Shown one piece after another: positions 1 to 8,513 of a DNA stretch of 64,000 bases. The notes under the pieces were generated by a model, which saw only the letters and a program-made list of their open reading frames with translations, was not told the origin of the DNA and did no database searches. Where the stretch lies: positions 394-64,393 of the forward strand of contig JBBIQN010000010.1 in NCBI GenBank assembly GCA_037442305.1, in the 5' to 3' direction. Every line of letters begins with the position of its first letter. Positions within the stretch are counted from its first letter, which is position 1. The stretch comes from Candidatus Bipolaricaulota bacterium. GTDB taxonomy: Bacteria; Bipolaricaulota; Bipolaricaulia; Bipolaricaulales; Bipolaricaulaceae. The translations under genes were made by a program, and so were the position numbers.

Positions 1-3000
1 CCGCCCCTTCATCGCGTACAGGACCTCGTCGGCCTCGCGGAGCAGGGCCTCGACCGTGGTCGGCCCATCCCGGACCGGATCCCACACCGCGTGTCCCATG
101 CTCACGCTCACCGCAAGGCCGGGCACCTCCGGGAGGGAGATCCCCGCCACGGCCTGCTGGAGCCGGCCGATGGCCTCCCCCCCGCCGGCCCCGGTCTCGG
201 GAAGGAGAAGCACGAACTCCTCCCCGCCGTAGCGAAACACGTAATCGCCGGCCCGCACGCTTCTCTGGAGGACCTCCCCCACGCGGCGGAGCGCCGCGTC
301 GCCGACGAGGTGCCCGTAGCGATCGTTCACGCCCTTGAAGTCGTCCACGTCAGCCATGACGAGGGTCAGGGGGTGCCCGTAGCGCTTCGCCCGCTCGATC
401 TCCCGCTCCAGGACCTCGCTCAGGAACCGGCGGTTGTAGAGCTCGGTCAGGGGATCGCGGATCGCCTGCTCCCGGAGCTCGGCCTCAGACCGGACGCGGC
501 GGAGCTCCTCGAACACGTGCCGGGCCAGGATCTCGACAAGGGTCACATCCTCGGCGGTGAACGCATCGCTCCGCGGGGAGATGACCTGGATCACGCCGCT
601 GGATCCAATCGGGACGGAGATGAACGCCTGAATCCGGGGATCCACGGGCCGCGCCTCGGGAAAGCCGTCCACGTTGCCCCAGGCGGGCTCGCCGGTGAGC
701 CAAGTCTTCCCCGCGATCCCCTCCCCCTTCCTGAACGTTCGGGCGCTGGTGGCAATGAGCCCCGCCGAGGCCACGGGGACGAGAAGGTCCTCCCGGCCCA
801 GCCCGATGTTGGCGTGCTCGAACTCCAGGACCTCAACGATGGTCCCCGCTGCGACCTGGCACACCTCCTCCTCGCTCCGGCAGCGGGCCAGCCGACGTGA
901 TGCCTCGTGCAGCCCGGTGAGCCGCTTCCCCAGTCGTTCCAGTGCCGCCAGCCGTTCCAAGCCCACGAGCGCCACCGCCAGCTCCGAGGCGACGATCTTC
1001 AGGATCTCCTGGTCTTGTGAAGGGATCCCATCCTTCGCGCGCGCCTGAACGTCCAGAACCCCCAGCACCCGCTCCCCTAAAACGAGCGGGAGGGCGAGCT
1101 CGCACCGCGTGTCCGGGTTCCCTGGGGTGTACCGCTCGTCCGCCGAGACGTCCGGCACATAGACCGGTTCCCGGGACTGGAGCGCGGCCACGGTGACGCC
1201 GGGCCCGCCCACGTGCAACCTCAGCCCGTGCGCCCAACCAATCTCCTCGTGGCCCGCGGCCACCACCAGCTCCTCGCCGTGGGGTTCGAGGATCGCGCAC
1301 GGCCGATACCCGAGCACTGGGCCCGTCAACTCAAGCACGACCGCGTACAGGGCGTCCTTGTCCTGGGCGAGCTTCATCCGGCGCGACGCCTCCTCGACCA
1401 TCCTCAGCTTCTGTTCGAGAGAGGCCAACCCCATGTACGTGCGTGCGTTGCGAATGGCCGTGGCCACCGACGCAGACATGATGCCCAGGAGCCGGAGATC
1501 CTTGTCGTCGTAGGCACGCGGGGCAAAGCTCTGTACGGACAGGACCCCAAGCACCTCGTCCTCAAAGAGGAGGGGAACGCCGAGCCAACTTCGTACCGCC
1601 TTCCCTTCCTGTTGCGCCACCGCCGGCAGCTCGTCCTTCTCCGCTTCGAAGTCGCCAATGAGGAGGGGTTCCTTGGTGGATACGATCCACGCCGTGAGGC
1701 TCTTCCGGGGATCGAGGGGGACGACGAGCTCGGGGAGGCGCTCCCCCTCCTCCACCGCGAACGCGAGCCGGAACTCCCGGCGGGGCTCGTCCACGAGGGC
1801 GAGGGTGAACGCGTCGCACGGGATGAGCTTGCTCACCTCTTCGTAGATGCGTTGGAACACGTCACTCAGGTCGAGGCTCGTCCCGAGGGCCCCGGCCACT
1901 CCATACAGCCCCTGCAGATCGGCGTTCAAGGCCTGCAGGTCTCGTTCGATCCCCTCCCGCTCGATCGCCGCCCCGAGCGTTCTCGCTGCCGTCTGGAGCA
2001 CGTCAACCTCGGTCGCTGACCACTGCCGCTCGCGGTCGCAATCGTCGAATCCGAGGAACCCCCACCAGGTGTCGGCCACGAACACGGGCACGGCGACGAG
2101 GGAGCGGATCCCCTGCGCGGTGAGAACCGGCTGTTCCTCGGCGGGAAAGTCCTTCACCAGACCGACGATCGGCTCGCCGCGGGCGAACGCCTCGCCCCAC
2201 CGGGCGAACCCGGCCTCGAGGCAGGGAGAGTTCTGGAGCTCCGGATTTCCGATCTGGGGCGACACGCCCGGCGCGACCCATTCGTGGCGCTGGCTGAGGA
2301 GCGATCGTCCTCTCGCGTCGCGGTGTTCCTGGAAGATGTAGACCCTGCTGACCCCGATCGCCTCGCCAAGGCGCGCCAGCGCCTGGGGGATGGCCTCATC
2401 GAGGGACGCGGCTCGCAGAAACCGCTCCGCGGCGAACGCCACGGCGCCGAGCACGGCGTCGCGCCGGGCGGTCGCCTCCTCAGCCGCAACCCGCTCCGTG
2501 ACGTCGAGAACAGATACGAGAACCCGATCGTAGGTTCTCTCGTGCCCGGGGAGGACCCGCCACGCCAGGCGGACGTGGAGCGTCCTCCCGTCCGCCGTCC
2601 GGTTGATCCCCTCCCCATGGAACTCGGTCCTCCCCTCCCACATCGCCTGAAGCTCCGTGGCGTACAAGGGGTAGCCTTCTTCCGGAATGACCTCCGGGAG
2701 CCTATCGAGGAGTTCCTCCTTATCCCTCACCCCGTACAGGTCAAGCGTCGCCCGGTTCACGTCCACGACCCGCGTCCGGGCCAGGCACTCCGCAATCAGG
2801 GTTGGACGCTCCCTGAGGCAGGCCTGAAGGTCCGTGACCCCGTCCGCCTTGAGGGACGCCAACCGCTTGCCTACGGCGGAGAAATCCTCGATCCACAGAG
2901 AGATCGGAGAGTCCTCAAACAGAGCGCGGTACCGACCCTCGCTTTCCTGGAGCCCTTCGATGAGGAGCGCGTTCTCCAGAGCCACCCCGGCCTGGGTTGC

Positions 3001-4365
3001 GAGCAGACCCAGCGCGGGGACGTGGGGGGTGAGGTGACCTGGCTGGCGGCTGTGGACGTAGAGGATGGCGCGGTGGTTGGTTCCCACGCGCATCGGCACC
3101 CCAACGAGGGAACGGATCCCGCCTTTCACCAAGACCCGGCTCGCGCGGAGGAGCCGGCCGGCGGCGGTTCGAACGGGAGGGTCGGTCGTGCCATCGCCGT
3201 GGATACCCTCGATGAGGAGAGGCTGTCCCGTGTCAAGGATCGTGCGGGAGAACCCGCGGGGGCGCACCCGCACCGGGATGGGCGGCGCTCCGAGGGGGTG
3301 GAACGACTCGATAAGCCTCCCCTCCTCGTCGAAGACGAGGATGTTGGCGTGATCGGCTCCGGCGAGCTCCCGCGCCGCGCTAGCGATGCTCTGGACCACG
3401 TCCTTGGATCCGAGATGCCCGGCGATCGTCGGGGCAACCCGGCTGAACGCCTCGAGCTGAGCGATCCGGTTCGCCATCTCTTGTTCGAGGCGCTTGCGGT
3501 CACTGATGTCGCGGTTGGTGGAGACGGTGGCCGGTTGTCCCCGGTACTCCAGCAACGCCACCACGCACTCGGTCCAGAAGGTGGTCCCGTCCTTGCGGCG
3601 CTTCTTCTCCTCAAAGGCCACGATCTCGCCGCGGCGGAGTTGCTCGTTGACCTGCTCGTAGGTGACGGCCGGCTCCTCGGCGGCGATGTCGCGGATGATG
3701 TTCATCCGGAGGAGTTCCTCGCGCGCGTAACCGGTCTGTCTCTCCGCCGCGGGGTTCGCCTCGAGGATCTTCCCATCGAGAGCGGTGATGTACACCGCAT
3801 CCCCCAGTCGCTCGAACAGAAACCGGAGCAGGCGTTCGGACTCGGTAAGGTTTCTTCGCTCTCGGGCTGTGCGCACGGCGAGGGCGATTCCCTCCCACAC
3901 GAGGTCCAGGCGAGGGAAGTCGTCCTCGGAGAACGCGTGTGGGTCATCCCGGTTGTCGAGGTTGAGGTAGCCGATCACCACGCCGGAATCCGTGATCGGC
4001 AACGTGAGGAACGCCGCGACGGGCCCCGCGGAGGCAAGGGCCGCCGCCAGCTCCTCTCCGAGAAGCTTCCGGTTCAGGTCCTGGGGGCGGCGTACGATCG
4101 CCGGCCGATCCCGGGGCAAGTCCCTCTGGATGATCCGTTCCCGGGGGATCCGGATCGGGGCGAGGAGGTCCATGTCCCATCCTTCGGCGGCCACGTACTC
4201 AAACGCCCCGCTCGCCTCGTTGAGCACAAGGAGGGTCCCGCTCTGGGCGCCGGGAACGGTGGCGATCGCGTAGCGGAGGGCGGTGCAGGCGACCTCAGCC
4301 AAGCCTTGGCCGCGGCTGAGGTCGCGCAGGAACTGCACCAGAGCTGCTGACGGCTTCCCGCCCAT
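1..4365 (-). CDS. Multi-sensor (GAF/PAS) diguanylate cyclase; 3' end runs off the window
   Basis: ATG at 4365 after a GGAGG RBS; N-terminus MGGKPSAALVQFLRDL. The same frame near the window start reads DDFKGVNDRYGH and RAGDYVFRYGGEEF. Absent from the ORF track, consistent with no stop in the window. Confidence 0.92.
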   Translation of the reverse strand, partial: MGGKPSAALVQFLRDLSRGQGLAEVACTALRYAIATVPGAQSGTLLVLNEASGAFEYVAAEGWDMDLLAPIRIPRERIIQRDLPRDRPAIVRRPQDLNRKLLGEELAAALASAGPVAAFLTLPITDSGVVIGYLNLDNRDDPHAFSEDDFPRLDLVWEGIALAVRTARERRNLTESERLLRFLFERLGDAVYITALDGKILEANPAAERQTGYAREELLRMNIIRDIAAEEPAVTYEQVNEQLRRGEIVAFEEKKRRKDGTTFWTECVVALLEYRGQPATVSTNRDISDRKRLEQEMANRIAQLEAFSRVAPTIAGHLGSKDVVQSIASAARELAGADHANILVFDEEGRLIESFHPLGAPPIPVRVRPRGFSRTILDTGQPLLIEGIHGDGTTDPPVRTAAGRLLRASRVLVKGGIRSLVGVPMRVGTNHRAILYVHSRQPGHLTPHVPALGLLATQAGVALENALLIEGLQESEGRYRALFEDSPISLWIEDFSAVGKRLASLKADGVTDLQACLRERPTLIAECLARTRVVDVNRATLDLYGVRDKEELLDRLPEVIPEEGYPLYATELQAMWEGRTEFHGEGINRTADGRTLHVRLAWRVLPGHERTYDRVLVSVLDVTERVAAEEATARRDAVLGAVAFAAERFLRAASLDEAIPQALARLGEAIGVSRVYIFQEHRDARGRSLLSQRHEWVAPGVSPQIGNPELQNSPCLEAGFARWGEAFARGEPIVGLVKDFPAEEQPVLTAQGIRSLVAVPVFVADTWWGFLGFDDCDRERQWSATEVDVLQTAARTLGAAIEREGIERDLQALNADLQGLYGVAGALGTSLDLSDVFQRIYEEVSKLIPCDAFTLALVDEPRREFRLAFAVEEGERLPELVVPLDPRKSLTAWIVSTKEPLLIGDFEAEKDELPAVAQQEGKAVRSWLGVPLLFEDEVLGVLSVQSFAPRAYDDKDLRLLGIMSASVATAIRNARTYMGLASLEQKLRMVEEASRRMKLAQDKDALYAVVLELTGPVLGYRPCAILEPHGEELVVAAGHEEIGWAHGLRLHVGGPGVTVAALQSREPVYVPDVSADERYTPGNPDTRCELALPLVLGERVLGVLDVQARAKDGIPSQDQEILKIVASELAVALVGLERLAALERLGKRLTGLHEASRRLARCRSEEEVCQVAAGTIVEVLEFEHANIGLGREDLLVPVASAGLIATSARTFRKGEGIAGKTWLTGEPAWGNVDGFPEARPVDPRIQAFISVPIGSSGVIQVISPRSDAFTAEDVTLVEILARHVFEELRRVRSEAELREQAIRDPLTELYNRRFLSEVLEREIERAKRYGHPLTLVMADVDDFKGVNDRYGHLVGDAALRRVGEVLQRSVRAGDYVFRYGGEEFVLLLPETGAGGGEAIGRLQQAVAGISLPEVPGLAVSVSMGHAVWDPVRDGPTTVEALLREADEVLYAMKGR

Positions 4366-4382
4366 CTCCCCCTCCTCCCTAC

Positions 4383-4388
4383 ATCATA
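4383..4388 (-). promoter_or_regulatory. -10 box TATGAT upstream of the diguanylate cyclase
   Basis: TATGAT just upstream of the RBS; no good -35 box. Confidence 0.4.
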
Positions 4389-4429
4389 GCCGGCGGGCAA
4401 CAGCCGGAGAAGTAGGGGGCGGCGGCCGG

Positions 4430-5455
4430 TCAGCAGATGCGGGGGACGGGATCGCCGAGGGGCATCTCCAGGAACCGTCGTCCCCCGATCCCGGTGTCGA
4501 GGATGACCCGGCCGGGATAGGTGGGGATGCCCCTCCCGATGAACTGCGCCTCGCGCCCGAGCGGATGCCCCCGGAGGAGGGCAAGGACCGCCTCGGATTG
4601 GTCCGCGGCGACGGCGAGGACGGCCCGGCCCTCGCACGCGACCTCGAGGGGGCTGATCCCGAGGAGATCAGACAGGGCGCGGGACTCGGCCCGGAGCGGG
4701 ATTGCCTCCTCTTGGATCTCGATCCCTACGCTGCCCTTGCGGGCCATCTCGTTGAGGGCCGCGGCAAGGCCTCCCCGCGTGGGATCCTTCATCGCCGTAA
4801 TCCCGCCACAGGCCAGGGCCGGCGCGAGAAGCGGCCACAGCGGAGCGACATCGCTCCGGAGTTCGGTCTGGAGGTGGAACCCTTCCCGGGCGGCGAGGAG
4901 CGCCATCCCGTGGTCCCCCACCGTCCCCGTGACGAGGATCGCGTCGCCCGCGCGGAGACCAGCATCGGAGATGGCCCGCTCCGCGACACCGATCCCGGTC
5001 GTGTTGATGGCGATCCCATCGAGCTCGCCTCTGCCCATCACCTTCGTGTCGCCGGCGACGAGGGGAACCCCAAGCTCGGACAGGACTGCCGCTGCAGAGA
5101 GGAGAACCCGTTCCAGAAGAGCTAGGGGAAAGCCCTCCTCGAGGATGAGCCCCAGGGTGAGGGCCACCGGCCGGGCCCCCATCACGGCGAGGTCGTTCAC
5201 CGTCCCGCACACGGCGAGCTTCCCAATATCTCCCCCTGGGAAGAGGAACGGCTTCACCACGTGGCTGTCGGTCGTGACCACGACCTGACCCGGCGGAAGC
5301 TCGACCACCGCTCCGTCGTCGAGCTCGTCAAGTCCGATCGGCCCCGCGGCCCGCAGCCGGAACTTGGGGAGGATCCTCTCGGCGAGGAACTTCCCCATCA
5401 GCTCGCCCCCGGCGCCGTGGAGGGCGGTCACCCGTTCGTCGGACAGACGACTCAT
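4430..5455 (-). CDS. hypE: Hydrogenase maturation carbamoyl dehydratase HypE
   Basis: HGAGG, TTDSHVV, GTVNDLA, DPTRGG and C-terminal PRIC; ATG overlaps the hypD stop. Confidence 0.96.
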   Translation of the reverse strand: MSRLSDERVTALHGAGGELMGKFLAERILPKFRLRAAGPIGLDELDDGAVVELPPGQVVVTTDSHVVKPFLFPGGDIGKLAVCGTVNDLAVMGARPVALTLGLILEEGFPLALLERVLLSAAAVLSELGVPLVAGDTKVMGRGELDGIAINTTGIGVAERAISDAGLRAGDAILVTGTVGDHGMALLAAREGFHLQTELRSDVAPLWPLLAPALACGGITAMKDPTRGGLAAALNEMARKGSVGIEIQEEAIPLRAESRALSDLLGISPLEVACEGRAVLAVAADQSEAVLALLRGHPLGREAQFIGRGIPTYPGRVILDTGIGGRRFLEMPLGDPVPRIC

Positions 5456-6552
5456 AGGCTCGGCCTGCCCCCGTACCGGTACCCCACGTTGCACGCCCCT
5501 TCCGATCCCACCATGCACGGCCCGACCGGGGACAGGGGCGTGCACGGATCGCGGAACAGGGGGCAGTCCGCGGGCACAGCGCGGGCAAGGAGGATCTCGG
5601 AACAGAGACAGCCCTGCGGCTTCTCCTCTCCCTCCTCAACCTCGATCGGGAACGCCCGAGCGGCATCCCACCGGACGAGCTCGTCGCGGATGCGGAGCCC
5701 AGACGCGGGGATCGTCCCGATCCCCCGCCATCCGGCATCGCTTGGCGCGAACGCCTGAGCGAGGAGGTCCTGGGCGCGGAGATTCCCCTCTTCGGCCACC
5801 GCCCGGGGGTACGCATTCTCCACCTCGGCCCGGCCCTCGCGAAGCTGCCTGAGGACGAGGGCGATCGCGTACAGGATGTCCAAGGGCTCGAACCCGGCGA
5901 CCACGATCGGGACAGGGTATCGCTCGACAACCGGCCGGTAGGCACGCGCGCCGATCACAGTCGAGACGTGCCCCGGGGCGAGGAAGCCCGCGATCCGAAT
6001 CGGGGGCCCGGCCAGGAGGGCGGAAAGCGCGGGCGGGATAAGCTTGTGGGAGGCAAGAACGTAGAAGTTGGCGGGAGGGGAGTCGAGGAGCACGGCCGCG
6101 GTGCCGGGAGCGGTGGTCTCGAACCCAACGGCGAAGAACACTACCTCACGGTGGGGGTTCTTCCGCGCCACGTCCACCGCATCGGCGGCGGAGAGCACGA
6201 TCCGGACGTCCGCTCCGTGAGCCCGCGCCTCGGCGAGCGTGACGCGCGTTCCCGGAACCCGCGTCATGTCCCCAAACGTGCACACGATCGCCCCCTGTTC
6301 GGCGAGCTTGACCGCTCGGTCGAGGTCCACCGTCGGCGTGACGCACACCGGGCACCCTGGCCCCTCCAGCACTTCGACTCCTTCCGGAAGGAGGGTCCGC
6401 AGCCCGTGTTGGGCGATCGCCATCTCATGGGTCCCGCACACGTGGACGATCCGTACCGGGTCCTTCGGGGCGTAGCGCCGGAGAAGGGAGACCAGGCCAC
6501 AGGCCCGGGCTGGGTCGCGCAGGGAGAACGGGCCCAACGGGAGATCGGTCAC
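5452..6552 (-). CDS. hypD: Hydrogenase maturation protein HypD
   Basis: CGTH, GPGCPVC, GFETT, PGHVS and C-terminal Cys cluster; GTG overlaps the hypC stop. Confidence 0.96.
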   Translation of the reverse strand: MTDLPLGPFSLRDPARACGLVSLLRRYAPKDPVRIVHVCGTHEMAIAQHGLRTLLPEGVEVLEGPGCPVCVTPTVDLDRAVKLAEQGAIVCTFGDMTRVPGTRVTLAEARAHGADVRIVLSAADAVDVARKNPHREVVFFAVGFETTAPGTAAVLLDSPPANFYVLASHKLIPPALSALLAGPPIRIAGFLAPGHVSTVIGARAYRPVVERYPVPIVVAGFEPLDILYAIALVLRQLREGRAEVENAYPRAVAEEGNLRAQDLLAQAFAPSDAGWRGIGTIPASGLRIRDELVRWDAARAFPIEVEEGEEKPQGCLCSEILLARAVPADCPLFRDPCTPLSPVGPCMVGSEGACNVGYRYGGRPSL

Positions 6553-6803
6553 GCCGTGGCCCGGCTCGCCCCCGACGCGGGGGGGTCGGCGGAGATCAGC
6601 TCCTCGAGGAGAGCCAGCGTCTCCCGGGCATCCTGGGGATCCAGCCGGCGGAGGGCGAACCCGGCGTGCACAAGGAGGTAGTCCCCCACCTGAACCTCTT
6701 CCCCGAGGGCATCGAGCCGGACCTGGGCCTGAACTCCCTGGACGTCTACCGTGGCCACCTTCCCCTCGACCGTCGTCACCTTCGTCGGAATGGCCAGGCA
6801 CAT
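6549..6803 (-). CDS. hypC: Hydrogenase chaperone HypC
   Basis: N-terminal MCLAIP and VGDYLLVHAGFA. Confidence 0.97.
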   Translation of the reverse strand: MCLAIPTKVTTVEGKVATVDVQGVQAQVRLDALGEEVQVGDYLLVHAGFALRRLDPQDARETLALLEELISADPPASGASRATA

Positions 6804-6863
6804 CTGCGATCAGTTCTATTCTAGCCGCCTCACGCGAGCCGAGCAAAGGACTCCGGCTGGGCG

Positions 6864-6872
6864 TGGTACACT
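6864..6872 (+). promoter_or_regulatory. Extended -10 promoter (TGgTACACT) for pspC
   Basis: TGn-TACACT followed by AAGGAGG RBS. Confidence 0.5.
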
Positions 6873-6892
6873 ACCCACCGAAGGAGGGGCCG

Positions 6893-7357
6893 GTGAAGAG
6901 GCTCTACCGCAGCAGGTCGGATGCGCTCCTTGGGGGGGTGTGCGGGGGGATCGGGGAGCACCTTGGGGTGGACCCGAACCTCGTTCGCGTCGTGTTCGCC
7001 GTGCTTGCCGTAGCGAGCGGGGTGGGGATCCTCCTCTACGCCATCCTCTGGCTCATCATCCCCCGAGAAGGGGGTCCGGCCGGGCCGCCCAAGGACGCGG
7101 TCCGGTCCGGGGCGGAGGAGATCGCGGACCGGGCCAAGGAGTTCGGAGAGGAAGTGCGGACCGCAGTCGCCCGCCGCGACACGAGCCTTGCGGTGGCCGT
7201 GGCGGCGATCCTCATCTTCCTTGGGGTCTCGCTCCTCCTCAGGAACCTCGGGTTCGGGTGGGCGTGGTGGCTCCGGTTTGGCATCCTGTGGCCGCTTGTC
7301 CTCGTGGCCATCGGCGCGGCCCTTCTGTGGCGCCTCGTGAGGGGAAATTCAAAATGA
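6893..7357 (+). CDS. PspC-domain membrane protein with C-terminal LiaI/LiaF-like TM segment
   Basis: KRLYRSRSDALLGGVCGGIGEHLGVDP PspC signature; GTG start after AAGGAGG. Confidence 0.88.
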   Translation: MKRLYRSRSDALLGGVCGGIGEHLGVDPNLVRVVFAVLAVASGVGILLYAILWLIIPREGGPAGPPKDAVRSGAEEIADRAKEFGEEVRTAVARRDTSLAVAVAAILIFLGVSLLLRNLGFGWAWWLRFGILWPLVLVAIGAALLWRLVRGNSK

Positions 7358-8241
7358 AACGACGGGGAAGCATTCTCGGGCCGCTCCTCCTCATCGCGGC
7401 AGGGGTGGTCCTCCTCCTCAACAACCTCGGCCTCGTCCCGTGGACGGCGTGGACCTTCCTGGTGCGGCTATGGCCGGTGTTTCTGATTGCGCTTGGGCTC
7501 GACATCCTATTTGGGCGGTCGGTCCTCCGGTGGGCCATGGGCAGCGCGGTCGCCCTGCTCGTCGCTCTCGCAGTCCTCCTCGCCCTGTTTGGGCCCTCTC
7601 CGGTTGGGCCAGGAGAGAGGCTGGGGGTCCCCATTGGGGGGGCGGTGCAGGCGGAGGTGGTTCTTCGGGCCCCGGTGGGGAAGGTCGTTGTCCGCCCTGG
7701 GGGTACACCCGACCTCCTCGTCGGGGGCACGGTCGTCGCCCCTTGGCCGGACCGCGCGCACTGGACGTCAACCCGAAGCCACGGGACGGAGCGGTTCACC
7801 CTGGTCCTCAACCGCCTGTACGAGCTCCCGGCTGTCCTGTGGCCAGAGCGGTGCCTGGCCACGGTCGAACTCCCGACCTCGATCCCCTTGGCCCTCGAGG
7901 CCACCCTGGGCGATGGGAGAGCAACCCTTGACCTCACTTCGCTTGTCCTGACGCGGCTTATCGTGCGGGGGGGCGCTGGACCTGTGGACCTCGCCCTCCC
8001 GGCCCAAGGTGGAGTCGCCGAAGTGGTGAGTGGAACAGGTGAAGTCACCGTACGCATCCCTAAAGGCCTCGGGACGAGAGTCCGGATCGAGGGGTGCGGC
8101 CCAGTAGACGTCCCCACGGACTGGGAGCGCGAGGGCGCGTTCGCGTCGTCCCCGGAGTACGGGACCTCTTACCAGACAGTGGAAGTCACCGTCCGCGCCC
8201 TTGCGGGACCGGTGCGCATCGTGACCGAGGGCGCGCCCTAG
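7354..8241 (+). CDS. LiaF-like (DUF5668) envelope stress protein with extracytoplasmic beta-solenoid-like region
   Basis: GPLLLIAAGVVLLLNNLG...LWPVFLIALGLDIL; ATGA overlap with the pspC stop. Confidence 0.75.
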   Translation: MKRRGSILGPLLLIAAGVVLLLNNLGLVPWTAWTFLVRLWPVFLIALGLDILFGRSVLRWAMGSAVALLVALAVLLALFGPSPVGPGERLGVPIGGAVQAEVVLRAPVGKVVVRPGGTPDLLVGGTVVAPWPDRAHWTSTRSHGTERFTLVLNRLYELPAVLWPERCLATVELPTSIPLALEATLGDGRATLDLTSLVLTRLIVRGGAGPVDLALPAQGGVAEVVSGTGEVTVRIPKGLGTRVRIEGCGPVDVPTDWEREGAFASSPEYGTSYQTVEVTVRALAGPVRIVTEGAP

Positions 8242-8243
8242 TC

Positions 8244-8396
8244 GTGCGGGCAGCAGGTGCCACCGTAGCCCTGATCGCCGCCTTGGGCAGGACCCGGTAC
8301 TTCCCCCTACCGGGGGGGGGCCACCTCTGCATCGGAGACGAACGGGCGCTCAACTTCCCCCAGGCTTCGTGGTGCCCGGCGGGCGCTCGGGGGTAG
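8244..8396 (+). pseudogene. Possible eroded ECF transporter S-component fragment (50 codons)
   Basis: ALIAAL..FPLPGGGHLCIGD resembles the S-component PxPxGGYxxxGD motif; far too short to be intact. Confidence 0.25.
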
Positions 8397-8405
8397 GTCG
8401 GCGGT

Positions 8406-8434
8406 GTGACACCGCAAGTGGCCTTCGGTAGAAT
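8406..8434 (+). promoter_or_regulatory. sigma70-type promoter
   Basis: GTGACA-17 nt-TAGAAT. Confidence 0.7.
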
Positions 8435-8441
8435 CCGCGCG

Positions 8442-8513
8442 ATGTCCCTCCCCTCCGCCGCCCCCTTCCCGTCTCTTACACCCCGAACCCCTCCCCCCGG
8501 GAGCCCCCGATGA
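8442..8513 (+). CDS. Putative leaderless proline-rich leader peptide MSLPSAAPFPSLTPRTPPPGSPR
   Basis: ATG lies 7 nt after the -10 box; its TGA overlaps the ATG at 8510. Confidence 0.45.
   Translation: MSLPSAAPFPSLTPRTPPPGSPR

Noticed and set aside
91-4350. Long + strand ORFs (269, 268 and 688 aa)
   Set aside because: Antisense shadows of the diguanylate cyclase, expected from high-GC codon bias; no motifs.
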